In this document: positions 26,546-41,450 of the stretch, in pieces
How the letters are laid out: every line of letters starts with the position of its first letter
Position numbering within the stretch: position 1 is the first letter of the stretch
Origin: Octopus vulgaris
Taxonomy: Eukaryota
Reading direction: 5' to 3'
Assembly: GCA_951406725.2 (NCBI GenBank)
Contig: OX597832.1
Span: 66,526,001 to 66,590,000, forward strand
Length of the DNA: 64,000 nt
Notes under the pieces: model-generated
The model's database searches: none
What the model saw: only the letters and a program-made list of their open reading frames with translations
What the model was told of the DNA's origin: nothing
Made by a program: the position numbers and the translations under genes

Positions 26546-27325
26546 CCTTAATACTCTGGTGGATGGAGTTAGCTATTTGCTGGATGCTCTCCATAGTATT
26601 AGTTTCTATTACTATATCAACATTACTCTCTTGTGGGGGTGCCTTTACTACTATATTGATATCATCAACATAGCGAGAGTACATGTTTACGAGTATGGAT
26701 TTCTGCAGTAGGCATTCTTTAAGCATTCTGTCCCACCATACCATGAAAAGGTTGGCCACATCACCAGCGATACTAACACCCTCGTCCTGGGCATATATTT
26801 TATTATTAAATTTAAATGTGTGGCCTCTTAGGGTAACTCTTATACTAGCTCCTAGTGCATGTGCGATCATTTTCTTTACTTGATGGACATTTGTGGGGCT
26901 CCGTATGGCTCTGGTCCATCCGCGCCATCTTTCTATATGTGGCTTCCTAGCCATAGAAGTAATTGTAGGCGGTCTACCTTTTTAAACATCTACTGGGGCA
27001 GAAACTACTAAGATTATGTTTATCTAAGTATTCATTATTATATGTAAGTCTAAGTAGGAGGCCCAGTTCTTCTGTGTCGACATTACAGAACTCCACCTGG
27101 CTCTCGTTGATCATCTCCACGCACTTCTCCAGTGCAAAATCTACGTCAATCGATGGGTATAGGGATACCACATCCATGCTACCTACTATACATCCTGTCG
27201 AGTCACAAGTTTTGTTACAGTCACTGATCCTACTTAGGAGATCTTCTGTGCTGTCACACAAATCAGGTGACATCCTGATTATAGGGCGTATGATCATTGA
27301 GAGGAAGTAGGAGATTCTGTAAAAT
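26530..27325 (-). pseudogene. Penelope-like reverse transcriptase fragment
   Basis: ORFs 26974..27426 and 26475..26954 contain GSMDVVSLYPSID, FKFNNKIYAQDEG, VANLFM and YSRYVDDI; split by a stop codon. Confidence 0.85.
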
Positions 27326-27343
27326 TGGTGAGAAGAAAACAAA

Positions 27344-27389
27344 GGACCACTGATGCGGTCACAGGAGTGTGACGAAAGAACTTTGGCCG
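27344..27389 (+). ncRNA. Hammerhead-like motif with variant core (second copy 26102-26147 on minus)
   Basis: GGACCA CUGAUGC G GUCAC-AGGAGU-GUGAC GAAA G-AA-C UU^UGGCCG; 5-bp stem II, stem I CCA/UGG, A9 replaced. Confidence 0.5.
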
Positions 27390-27563
27390 AAATAATATTG
27401 AGATTAATGTAAAAAATAAATATCACTGAAGCAAAATAACACCAAATATATAGTGCGTGTATTTTTATTGGCTAAACTGGCAATATGACCATTCCGAAAT
27501 ATAACAATATCTGTTTCAACACACGACTTCACATAAAAAATCTTGCACAACAAATATTTAAAC

Positions 27564-27629
<66 letters not shown>

Positions 27630-30600
27630 GTAGTTATGCGTGAATATGTGGGGGATGTACGTATGTCTGAGCGTGATTGTTGGTAGTTTTCCTTCCGTGT
27701 ATGTCTGTGTTCTATGCTTTAAACCAGTTCTATGCACTGGAATATATATTTGGATCGTTGTTAATGTACGGGTAAAATTTTTAAATGTCCAAGTGCTCTT
27801 TTTAGGTTTTCGCAACATTGGTAACCTCTTTTAAAAGTTTACAGTTGTTGATTGGTGTTACGCTTCATTTTGGATTAAAACATAAAAGATCACGTGACGT
27901 GTTAAAGTAACGCGAGACTGCGTAACGAAACAAATATAAATGCAAACAACTCCATTTGTTGAAGTTTAGTTTTATTTCGATTCGATTCAAGTTTTTGATA
28001 AAGGAAGAGAGCAATCCAAAATTGTTTCAGCTGAAATTTGATTGTTTACTCAAAACCTCACGTTATTCTATCATGATCTTACGTGATCTGCCTTGTTTTA
28101 ATCAAAAATGGAAACGAATATTGAAGTTCCATGTGACAGGTTCAATTACCTTTGAAGGAAATTCCCTTAACATAAATCAAATGATAGCCTTAATCCATTA
28201 AGAAAGAAATTTTATCTACCAATTAGCTTTGGGCAGTCGTTCGTTATTAACACACACACGTATGTATATATATATGTTTACATTCATGTGTGTTTGCGTG
28301 TGTGTGTGCGCGTTAACCTATAGAAAACTGCCTCTAATCCGTCACGATGGGGATGTTGTTTTGCTGAATTCTACTTAGAATATTCTGCCTGAAAATTGTT
28401 TCAAAATAATGGTAACCAATATATGTACTAAATTATCTTCAGATGAGTATTTTACATGGTGTTTGCCCCTTTTAGACGTACATATTCCCGTATTGCTGAA
28501 TTATATATAACAAGTTAAAGAATCTACCGTAAGCGGAAATGGCACCATTAAAACTTTCGTAACAATGATATTTTCCAACGTCAGGATATGTTTTTAATGA
28601 GTGTCACGAAATAAAATCACCGACAACTGCAGATAAAATCTCACCTACACCACCTGCAAACTAGACTGTATTTATTCAGTGTTGCAAATGCTGAAAGTCC
28701 AATCCAAAACTCAGCAGTGTCTAGCAGGTCTCTGAAAGATGCTCGCCTCACAGATGTCAGACGAATATTTGTCCCTTGCTAAAGCGGTTCCCTACGAGCG
28801 ATAAAATATTATTTGGTTTTCGGAAAATTCGTAATAATTGTGAGTCGATAAGAAGACATCTTTCTGATTTACCAGCCAAATTAAAATCAACTTTTTGCTG
28901 CACCAACTATTTAAATCCTTTACAAAAGACTTGACGCGAACAACGTGTGCACTAGTGCATCTAGAGTCACCAAGTTCTTCAACCGGAAACCTGAACGTTT
29001 CAGACCACAAACTCTCCATTTTTACGAATGTTCCTTTCGATGCCCCTAAATAATGTACTCCATAGATGACACCTCTCCTCACCTAACATTCCTATCACAT
29101 TCTTTAAAGGATTATCTTATTTCCAATAAGAGCCACCCCCACAACATATATTTTCTCGCACTATTACTATCATCATCAATCTCGCAAAAATATAACAGTC
29201 ATGGCTAAGGACCTATCCCAATATATTCATTCTCTCAACCTTTAGTTTCAATAGATACCTACATAGGAGTGACCACTAAGGCCAAGAAATTTCTATTGGG
29301 AATCTACTCATCTGTTACAGATACCAATAGGCTTACACGCAAATGATTCAGAAGATATATTTCTAAATTCTATGAAAATAGAATTGCTACCATCTGACAA
29401 AGCAAAATTGAATGCCTATGGTGTCCACTTGACTTGCTTTTCTCGTATCAGTAACTTCATGTCACTCGAATGTAGGAGTTGACACATTTTATTAGCTCTG
29501 TCATCTCTTTCCGTCGAATACCCTCCCTCTCTTCTTTCTCTACAAGAATGCAATATATGTTTTGATTTTGATCTTAGCTATTGAAGAATTATACTAGTTT
29601 CTCCTATATCACTATATCCGGAATTAAATGTAGAAACAATCACTTATCTTCGTAACAACTATTGATCGTTACGCCTGCAGAGCGTGACATTGATCAGCTT
29701 CAAATTTGAAACAAGTTGATTTATTCTTGAAGAAGACGAATCGTGTAAAATTTTAAGAAGGACTCTTCAATGGAGTAATGTTTTCATTGTACATATCGAA
29801 TTTAATTGATTGGGATTATAAAGGTGCAGGCAATAAATAACAGATAAACTGATAACTGGAAAAGAAGATGATTATAAATTCATAAAATACATGTAGATAG
29901 AAAAGAGAGAGAGAGAGAGAGAGATAGACAGTGCTAGATAGCTAGACAGAGTGAGAGGAGGGGAGAAATAAAAGACATGGGAGAGAGCGAAAGGAACGGA
30001 AGGGCAAAAGAGATATTAGAGAACAGACAAATATCAAAAAGGCGATCTCAATGTAGATGTGGGGTCAGTGATCGAATCGTGATATGAAACGCGAAAACGC
30101 ATCAACAACGAAAATGAAGAAGTTAGTTACTAGAATCAAAGAAACGATATCTCTCAATAGGGAGAGCGGCTGTAAGTTAGTGGAAGCTTTATAAAATATG
30201 ACAACTGTATTTAGCAGTAGCAGCTTTGAGTAATATTCGTGTCAGAGATCTAGAAATTATTAATCAATATATTTTAGTAATTTCTTTATATTCTGGGTGA
30301 AATTGCCTTACCAACATACATACCAACAATAAATAATTAGATAATGAATGTCTACTAATTACTATCGTTGTCTTTTTACATACACAAAGTTGCCTAGTTT
30401 CGTATAGTATGTTTACTTGTGTCCACTTTACAATTATTTGACAGGTTTTATACAATCAAACGCTTAAAAGGTGACGCGCATGAAGTGTCCGCTGGCCGTT
30501 CGTCATCAATGTAAATGTACATACATAGAAACATACACGCATACCTCTAATTACACACACAAACAAGTTTATGTCCGAGGAACTATCAATCTATCTATCT

Positions 30601-30720
30601 ATCCATCTGTATATATATATATATATATATATATGTAGGTCCCGGGTTGATTCGGGGTTAACCACAGTAAATAAGGTACTCAATACATAGTAGAGTAAAA
30701 TTAATTTATTATATAGAAGG

Positions 30721-30771
30721 AGCTTCTACAGGACTAGAACTGTTTCATTCAAGAGAAATCTTCAGGAAGCT
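30721..30771 (-). ncRNA. Type-I hammerhead ribozyme (CUGAAGA core)
   Basis: AGCUUC CUGAAGA UUUC-UCUU-GAAU GAAA CAG-UUCUAGUC-CUG UA^GAAGCU. Confidence 0.8.
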
Positions 30772-30818
30772 CCCTGAAGATTTCTCTTGAATGAAACAGT
30801 TCTAGTCCTGTAGAAGCT
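30768..30818 (+). ncRNA. Type-I hammerhead ribozyme, mirror copy
   Basis: AGCUCC CUGAAGA UUUC-UCUU-GAAU GAAA CAG-UUCUAGUC-CUG UA^GAAGCU; one mismatch in stem I. Confidence 0.7.
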
Positions 30819-30829
30819 CCTTCTATATA

Positions 30830-30870
<41 letters not shown>

Positions 30871-30900
30871 TATACGTATTTATATGCATGTGTCTGCATC

Positions 30901-30995
<95 letters not shown>

Positions 30996-32124
30996 ATTTA
31001 TATACATAAATGTTTTGAGAGAGAGTGGTAGAGAGACAGGTGTGTGTGTGTATATTTGTTTCTATATATCTTCCTATATCTATATACCTATATATTTTTC
31101 AATCTCTCATCTCTCTCGCTCTCTGTCTCTCTCAATATATATGTGTGCGTGTGTCTGTGTGTGCATTTGATTCCATGTGTATGTATGTATGTGTGTGTGT
31201 CTGTATCTATGTATGTAGTGTTGTATACACATATGCCGCTGTAATCAAGAAGAAACAATCAAAGGTGATTGCATTACTCAAACTTATCATTAGAGGAAAC
31301 TGACTGTGCTGCTGTTTGTTGTTGCCGTCGTGGTGTTGGTGTTGCTGTTGATGATGATGATGTTTTTAGCGCTATAGGTAACCGAGTGGTAGCTGTCATA
31401 ATGGCAGTCCTGGTGAGCAAATTCATAGAAAGTATTGCCTTATAACATACCAGCTGGACACAGACAATATCATATTCAATTAATCGAGACACGCTTCTAG
31501 AAGTTTTCATCGTAGATTTCAATTAATTTTTCATCGGTGTTCAGACCCAAGAGGTTTGTCGATATTAGCCATCTTCGGTCATTTTGTTAACCTTCAGTGT
31601 TAATATAGGCAGCGATATAATAATATTTATCCCGTAAGATAATTCATGTATTTCTTGTTTTCTCAGCATTAAAATAATCATTACAAATTAAAGGCCACAC
31701 GCTATATAGGAAGTATCTGTGATTAATAAGAAATGTTCTCTTTCCTTTGTCAATTTATAAGTCTGCATTCTATTGGTTATAAAGAATACTGATAATATTT
31801 GAATATTTGATAATGTGAGAACTTGTAGGTTACTTCGAGTATAATCATAAATGTACGGAAATAGAAATGTGATTTAAAGATATTTAACTTTGCCAAAATT
31901 AGTGAAAAAAAGACAGACAGACAGACAAACACACACACACACAAACACGAACACACATATACTCACACGAAAGAAAAAAAATGTTTGTAAATTATTTGGA
32001 AGTGTCTATAGCTAATAATCAGCAACATTTTGTTCACATCTGCGTTATAGACACACTGTATAAAAGTACTGCTTATATAATGATGATGATGAAGATGATG
32101 ATAACGATGATGATGTTGAATATC

Positions 32125-32188
<64 letters not shown>

Positions 32189-32268
32189 TAATAATATTAA
32201 TAATAATAATAATAATAACAACAATAATAATAATAATAAAAATAATAGAAATAATGATAGTAATAACA

Positions 32269-32295
<27 letters not shown>

Positions 32296-32299
<4 letters not shown>

Positions 32300-34311
32300 T
32301 ATGTTTGACTTTTGCTTTATGTCTGTACAAGTTGGCTCCAAGTCTCACCCAGAGACCTCAAGAGACAACAGGTTGGAAGTTCTGTGCCATATATTTGGGG
32401 GGGGGTTGTGTTGTACTAGTGAATGTCTAATACAGAAAAATAAAATTTTAAAAACATAAATAAATAAATAAAAGAAAAAGTTTGTTTTAAACCTTGGGAT
32501 TACATAGAGAATATTTTGCGTAGGATATGAGCAGTTCCCATGAGCACTATCTTTTGAATTTCTGCCATTTGGGGGTTTCCTGGTATCTGAGTTAGGTAGC
32601 AATCAGTCCCTTTCGCTATCATTCCCAGGGTACCTATGACAACAGGTATTGTTTTAGTCTTCAGCTTCCACATTTTGCTGATTTCTATTTCAAGATCTTT
32701 ATATTTGCTCAGTTTTTGGTAGGTCTTGACAGATACGTTTATATCGATTGCGACTGTCATATCAATGAGCAGGCATGTTCTTTGTCCGAAGTCTTTCAAT
32801 ATGATGTCTGGCCTATTTGCATCTATCTTCCTGTCAGTTTGAATGGTGAAGTTCCAGAGGAGTGAGATGTGGTCATTTTCAAGCACTGGAGGTGGATTGT
32901 GTTCCCACCAGTTTTTTTTATGGGGCAAATCCAGGTTTTTGCAAATTACCCAGTGAATATATTGTGCAGCTCTATCATGCCTGTTGAGGTATTCTGTAGG
33001 CGCTAGAAGACTGCATTTGGAGACAACATGATCAATGGTTTCATTTTGTTGTCGGCATACACTACATGTTGGGCTACTGCCGTTCTTTAATATGTTGGCC
33101 TGGTAGTTTCTTGTTGGTAGGCATTGATCTTGAGCTGCTATGTTAAACCCCGCTGTTTCAGATTTTAAGCCAGAGGCCATTAGCCATTGATGGGTCAGGG
33201 CTTTGTCAATATCTGCATTATTCGCTCTCTTTGGGTATTTGCCATAGAGAGGTTTTTCGTGCCATTTATTATTCAGAATATCTAAGGCCGCAGTTTTGGT
33301 ACGGGTTTTCATGCGCCTAGATTTTTCTGTGCTTGTTTCTTGTATGTCTATCTCTAATTCCGAAATTGGCTGTATTCGGAATTCACTTAGATATTCCTTT
33401 GCCTGTTTTGTTACTGAGTATGATGCTTTCTTGTTTTAATGTTTTTAGACAAGTTTTAACATCCAGTCCTCAGAGTTTTTCAGGTAGGTGTCTAGGCCAA
33501 TTGTAGCAATCTTCATTGTTATTGCCAGTTGCTAAAGACCACGGCCTCCCACTTTTCTTGACAGATATAGTCGTTCTGTATCTGCCTTATGGTGGTGCAT
33601 TCTATGCATTGTCAACAGTTTCCTTATTTTTCTGTCGAGCTGACATATTTCAGTAATTGACCAGTTAACAATATTGAAACTGTAAGTCACGACTGGTATG
33701 GCTAATGCATTGATCGCTTCGATCCTGTTTCTTGCATTCAGCTCTGTCTTGAGTATTGGTCTCACTCTTCGATAGCATTTTCTCCTGATCCTTTCCTTCA
33801 TCTCTGAATGCCTTATTCTGTTCCCTTCACTTACCCCTAGGTACTTGTAGCTCTCCGCTGGGTCTAGTTCTTTTATGACATTCTGCTGGTCAAGGTTAAC
33901 ATTAGATGCTTCTGTCATTTTTCCTTTGATAAAGGTAGCTTTTGCACATTTATCGAGGCCGAATTTCATTCTGATGTCGTCACTGAATTGTTTGACTATC
34001 GCTAGTAAGCCCTTGAGTTGTTGGTCATTTTTTGCAAAAAGATTTAAATCATCCATGTAAATGAGATGATTTATATTTTTATCAAACATTTTATACCCGT
34101 ACTGCGCGTCATTGAGCAGCTTTGAGAGAGGTATTAAAGATAAACAAAAGAGGAGTGGTGACAGTGAGTCACCCTGGAAAATGCCACACGAAATTTTTAC
34201 ATCACCAGCATTTAGGGTTTCATTGTCACTGTTCAGAATTAGTGTGGTTCTCCATGATCTCATACTTACAGTCAAGAAGTTTCGCAGAGTAGGTGCTATC
34301 TTATAAATTTC

Positions 34312-34313
<2 letters not shown>
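32296..34313 (-). pseudogene. 5'-truncated R4/Dong-like RLE non-LTR retrotransposon within (TAA)n
   Basis: RT motifs GIFQGDSLSPLLF and YMDD; CCHC knuckle CSVC..H....C, RHD, RPD and K..KY of the restriction-like endonuclease; internal stops; TAA tracts on both sides. Confidence 0.9.
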
Positions 34314-34393
<80 letters not shown>

Positions 34394-34400
34394 ATTATTA

Positions 34401-34449
<49 letters not shown>

Positions 34450-35039
34450 ATAAGTGAATAAATAATCAGACCTATTTTGTTGTCTCAAGATATATGAAAG
34501 TTAAATTTGGTTCGTGTAGGATTTGAGAACAGAACAATAATATGAATAAAGATTTAGATACAATGTAAAAAATATTTGAGAGAAGTTAGTTTTCTAGCCT
34601 ATAGACTTCATGGTTACATATTTTATCAACATCAGTGGAGTGATGATATTAATGGTGACCTCAGTGTTATTTGAAATCGAAACATAAAGGGCCGAAATAA
34701 ATGGAATAAATAATTTTTGTTACCGATATTTTAACGATTTTCCCAGATCAAGATGCTTCAACAATCTTCACTCGTTTACATCGACCATAGTATTTGAGTG
34801 TATATTTGTTAATTTGATACCCTTTCTGTTGGAGGGCAAAGAAGATGTTGACGAAATTTGAACGCTAAATGTAAAGATCCTAAACAAATAGAGTTAGAAA
34901 ATTATTTGGGAACCCTAACGAATTTGTCAGCTCACCGTCTTAACGATGAGAATAGTTGTAAGTTCATGATTATACAGGAGGCAAAGCATTTCATGCAGGT
35001 ATCTTTTACGGTTATATAGATAGTATCTATTGGATAATA

Positions 35040-36509
<1,470 letters not shown>

Positions 36510-36557
36510 ATGTGTATATATACAGATATACGTATAAATATATGTATATATATATGA

Positions 36558-36588
<31 letters not shown>

Positions 36589-36628
36589 TATATGTATATA
36601 TGAATATATGTATATATAAATATGTATA

Positions 36629-36679
<51 letters not shown>

Positions 36680-36733
36680 ATATCTATATGTATATATGTA
36701 TATCTATATATATATATATATATGTATATATAA

Positions 36734-36830
<97 letters not shown>

Positions 36831-36902
36831 CATATATATGTATATACATATACATATATATATACATATATACATATGTATTTATATATATATGTATGTT
36901 TG

Positions 36903-36935
<33 letters not shown>

Positions 36936-37152
36936 ATGTATGTATGTATATATATGCAACTTTCTTCATCCAGTAGTAAGCTGTGAAACTGTTCGTATGT
37001 GCGTATACTTCTATCACTGACGTCGTTTCTCATTGTCTCCATCCCTCTCCCTCAATCTCATAGAAATATATATGCATATACTTACACATATATATGTATA
37101 ATTACCTATAGAGAGGTGACGCAAAGTCTCCAGTTATCTGTTGGTAACTTAC

Positions 37153-37189
37153 CTTTCAGTTTCTAATTTAATGTGTTTTATCTTCTCTC
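37153..37189 (-). CDS. Candidate 37-nt coding exon of an unidentified minus-strand gene
   Basis: Acceptor atttgtgttttAG, consensus donor AAG|gtaagt; phase 1 to phase 2, reads (G)EKIKHIKLETE(R). Confidence 0.6.
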
Positions 37190-40100
37190 CTAAAACACAA
37201 ATGTGCTTAATTGTAATTGGAAGTTGATATAACGTAAAAAAAACAACAAATCATTGTGAGAAAGCGCGACATTGATAAATTTACATGCAGTGAACTAACT
37301 TGTCATGTTTTATGAATGAAGGGAGTCCAATCGACAAGTCACGGAAGTGCTCAGAATTTTTCATCGAACAATGAATAAACATCAAAATATGACTTGATGA
37401 TGGCTTTTTGCGTATGAAGGCTTCTTGGAGGCAGTAAAATGTTTCTAATCAGCACAAGCAGGTTGTTGAGAGTGAAGTTATGTAACATTGATATGCAGCT
37501 GTTATACCGATTGTAAGTGACGTGATTTGTTGCGGTGTTGCGGAAGTAAGTGTATTAGAAACTATCTTATAGGAGAAAAGTCAGATAAAGATAGATATGG
37601 ATATAGGAAGATATGTCTCGATATAAATTTAGATGTTTATGTGTAAATCTATATATTTGCGTACGCGTAATTTCAACTAATCCAGTATTTAGTTATTCGG
37701 AAGTCTTTCCACCTTCTAAGTCAATGCTTCAGAGAATTCAAAAGCTAGATAAAATGGCAGAATATCGCTTCAAAATCATATATAGAGAAAAAAGTTATTC
37801 GGCTGGGTTAGAAAGTTTGCATCGATAAAACATACTGTATTTCGAAATAGTTTGGATATTGTAAAATATTTAACACAGATACACGCATTTGGCTAAGTTC
37901 AGAAGAGAAAATTTGCGAAGAAAATCTAAGGCTAAATAAAAGAACGAATGAACAAAAACAATGGAAAGTAATGGTTTATCATTGCTGTTAATCTCTAGGA
38001 ATATCTGTATATAATATAATGTATACACACATACATAATACATACATACACGCATACATGCATTTCATAATACATTCACGCACACACACATACATACGTA
38101 CATACATACATACATACATGCATAATACTTACATACATACTAAGGTATATCGATATAGAGAGCGGAAAGGAAATCTCTCTCCAAACAAGCTAGATATTTT
38201 GGGCAAAATTTAAGGTTTTGTCCATTTGAAATCACTCGTGCTGCACTTTCATTATCCCGCAAGCTACATTGATAACGGAAGTAGTGAGAGACGTTCAACG
38301 TGTTCACAGCACATATTAAAATGACAAGGTCTCATTTCCATCGAGGCAAGGTCTACAAAACAGTTGTGTCGCAGTCGACATAACAGTGTCAACTTGTATT
38401 TCAGACAAAAATAGGAAGCACCACTTTTTTCCCTTATTCTGATCGATCAAAGATAAAAAGTACAACAAAAATAATAATGTGAAGAAAGAGTAAGAAGTAT
38501 TTATCTCAGTGTTTGATGAAATATATAACAGAAATTCATAGAGATGCTGTTATTTATTCGTAGCTAAGGAATCGCCAACTACAATACTAAGCAATGAACA
38601 TGCTCAAAGAAAATAGCTTATTAGTAGAAACAACAATTTCTTTTATTTTCATTTAGAAATAATTACACTCACTATTTGGAAAAGGAAAGCTACTCTGCAA
38701 GGAAGATTATTTTCGTATATTCAAGCATGAAATTAACTGAAATTCATTTATTAGAAAGCTATATGTACATATGTATGTGTATGAATGTGCCTAATTATGT
38801 ATATATGTATGTATGTATGTATACACATATGTATACACATAAATTCATGCACAGCGGCAGTACGATGACACAAATATACATACATATATGCATGTAGGTT
38901 ATACATATATACACATATATAAAAATACACAGACACATGTATCTGAATATATATATATATATGTATATACGCACACAAGGACACCCATGTATATATATGT
39001 GTGTGTGTGTGTGTGTGTATGTGCTTGTGCGCGTATATGAAATTCTAGGACGTCGTCGTTATTTTGATTATTTCGAAAATCTGAGTAATATTGCTGCCTA
39101 AGATATTCAATTATACAGCAAACAGTATACAGTAACTTCTATGATGCATTGGATAAACACTTGGTCGGTCTGACAAAATATTTATTCAACAAAACTGACG
39201 ATATATCTACCGCCATTTTCGACGAAAACTGATTTGTGTTGATAAGAAAGAAAACACATTGAAAATACACGAATGCTGATTTGAAAAAGCATTTCGAATC
39301 AAAGACATACGAGGAAGCCTTTATGTGAAATTGCTTTCGTTGAGTTTGACAATGTATACTATGTAAACATACTTTTCGCATATTCTCATAGTATGTTACT
39401 TTCGAAAACCCTAGATATTCCCAACCGACTCATTCTTGTCCATACAATTTTTTATCTTGTAATTAACAATATCATTGAAAATTCTTCCAATATACGAATT
39501 CTATGAGACAAATGGAATTATATTGCCGTCTTCCTTCTCAATTCATATTCCTAACTAAGTTTTCCGCATTATAAAGAGATAGTTCTATATAATTTTGCTT
39601 TCTAGAAGAATCTTTTCAGTAAAGCGTATGAATGTTATCGTTTCAGATCAATTATCTTCCAGATACTTATTCCGTGGAATCGATTGTGAGGAAATACAAG
39701 TCCCAATATTGACATTATCGCTCGTTGTTATAGGAATACTACAATCTTAGTTGACGTATACAGTTCAGTATTGTACACGTGTCTCTTTTCAAGATTAAAT
39801 TAATAATGATATCCGATATAACATCGATGTAAGTAAATCGACTACAATCTAACAAAATCTCTAAAAATCAAATAAGGCCCCAAAATTTCAATGCAGCCGA
39901 AATTTTGTTTTCTATTACTAAGCCCATTTGAAATTTCCCTCGGAATTCTACTTTACTACTACAGATACTTTTCCCGGGGGTAGCCTTTCTGTGGCAGTTC
40001 TACGTATTGTTAGAAATAGCGACCGATTTTTCAAAAATATCATGATACTCTCTCCCGTAAAATTTACGTTTTAGATAACCATACATTCTTAACTTTGCAC

Positions 40101-40699
40101 GATCTGAACTGAACTTATGAAATGAACAACTCTAATACTGTGTCGCAAGACTTAAGATTGGGTCTGAAGATTGAAAATGCGTTGCTAAAGCTTGTGCGCG
40201 TTACTGGAAATAAACTAAAACAATCATAAAATATTAATAGAAAATTAGAATTCCCCAACTTCATAAACGTTGCTGTTCTTCAAAGTTAAATTAGCAATCT
40301 GTGTTTTTATATCAACCATTAACAGCCATAAGCTAAGACCTGATGTTTATTCGAAGGACGCACATTTTGGAAACTATGCTTAATTTATGAAACATCTGAA
40401 TTTGTTATTTTCTTTTTCATGTCAATTTGACATTCTCTCACTATATGATTTCATTTATTTAATTAATTATTCAAATATTTCCCTTAACTGATAGATAGAG
40501 TTGTTACATATATGTACACATTTTCTTTTAACGTTTTTATTGTATTTGTTGCTTGTGGCTTTTTTACTTAAAGTTTCTTTCTGTTTTCTTTTTTGTATCT
40601 GACATCCAATTACGTAATCAGCGTAAAACTATTAAGCATCAATCTCTTTTGATTTGAAACGCTGTCATTTCTCCATTAATATCTGTCACACAACAAACC

Positions 40700-41450
40700 T
40701 TCGCTCAGCGTTTTCAGTTGACGAGGAAAATAAAATTACTCCAGGACGAATCATTAGCAGTGAAGGAAACATATCAAAATTTAATTATCTCGAATACCTT
40801 ATCAGAAGACAACTATAACTGGAATGTATAAAATTTGATTAATAATTCTACGGAAGATGATGTCGAAAAGAACATCTTTATATATTAATCGCATTAGGCA
40901 CTTCTGAGCTACATGAAGGCGAAATTGCATAATTTTCTCCTTCGTCCGAAATATAATTGTCTGTCATGTTATGCATATCAATCTATCAATTTAGTATTCA
41001 TATTTTGTACTTTATATTTGACGGAATATAAACGGCATTCCTTGGATATGTTTACTCTCCTCTTTCTCTTGCAAAAAAACTTATGGCAATAAAATATATT
41101 ACGCTCCTAAAATTATTAGTTCAATACGAACTTTTCATATGAACTGGAACGCGTGTTAAGTCACAAACACTTGTAAATTTAAATGTTCATGGCCGTTTGT
41201 AGCATTTATGTAACAATTGGTGAAAGATCTAACGTTAGGATTTCTTTAAGGTATGACAATATTTTGCTGATGATATCAACCTAAGAAGAGTCGCGGAAGC
41301 AGAGGTTCACAATTCACCGCCAGGCTAGGATCCATTGTACTATTAAATATGTACAACATCGATATGAGATGAGAAAATAATAAGGTTCTGTTCAATAATC
41401 ACAGCCAGAGAATAGTAACTGACTTTTTGGGAAGATGTTGATAATTACAC
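40700..41450 (+). pseudogene. Ancient LINE RT remnant
   Basis: TATTTTGCTGATGATATC (YFADDI) at about 41260-41277; surrounding frame destroyed. Confidence 0.3.

Larger units (their letters stand above)
25989..27556. mobile_element. Rearranged Penelope-like element with inverted pLTR copies, within (TA)n
   Basis: Inverted repeats 25989-26164 / 27327-27502 enclose GIY-YIG (+) and RT (-) fragments. Confidence 0.85.
30637..30835. mobile_element. 199-bp fold-back mini-element within (TA)n, same family as 23159
   Basis: Perfect 63-bp inverted arms 30704-30766 / 30773-30835. Confidence 0.85.

Noticed and set aside
27888-27945. CACGTG and TATAAA promoter-like motifs
   Set aside because: Short motifs are expected by chance in AT-rich DNA, and there is no associated gene start.
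31981-32430. Poly-Ile, Asn and Tyr ORFs (also at 4.2, 34.3, 48.1 and 55 kb)
   Set aside because: Translations of (TAA)n/(TTA)n tracts.
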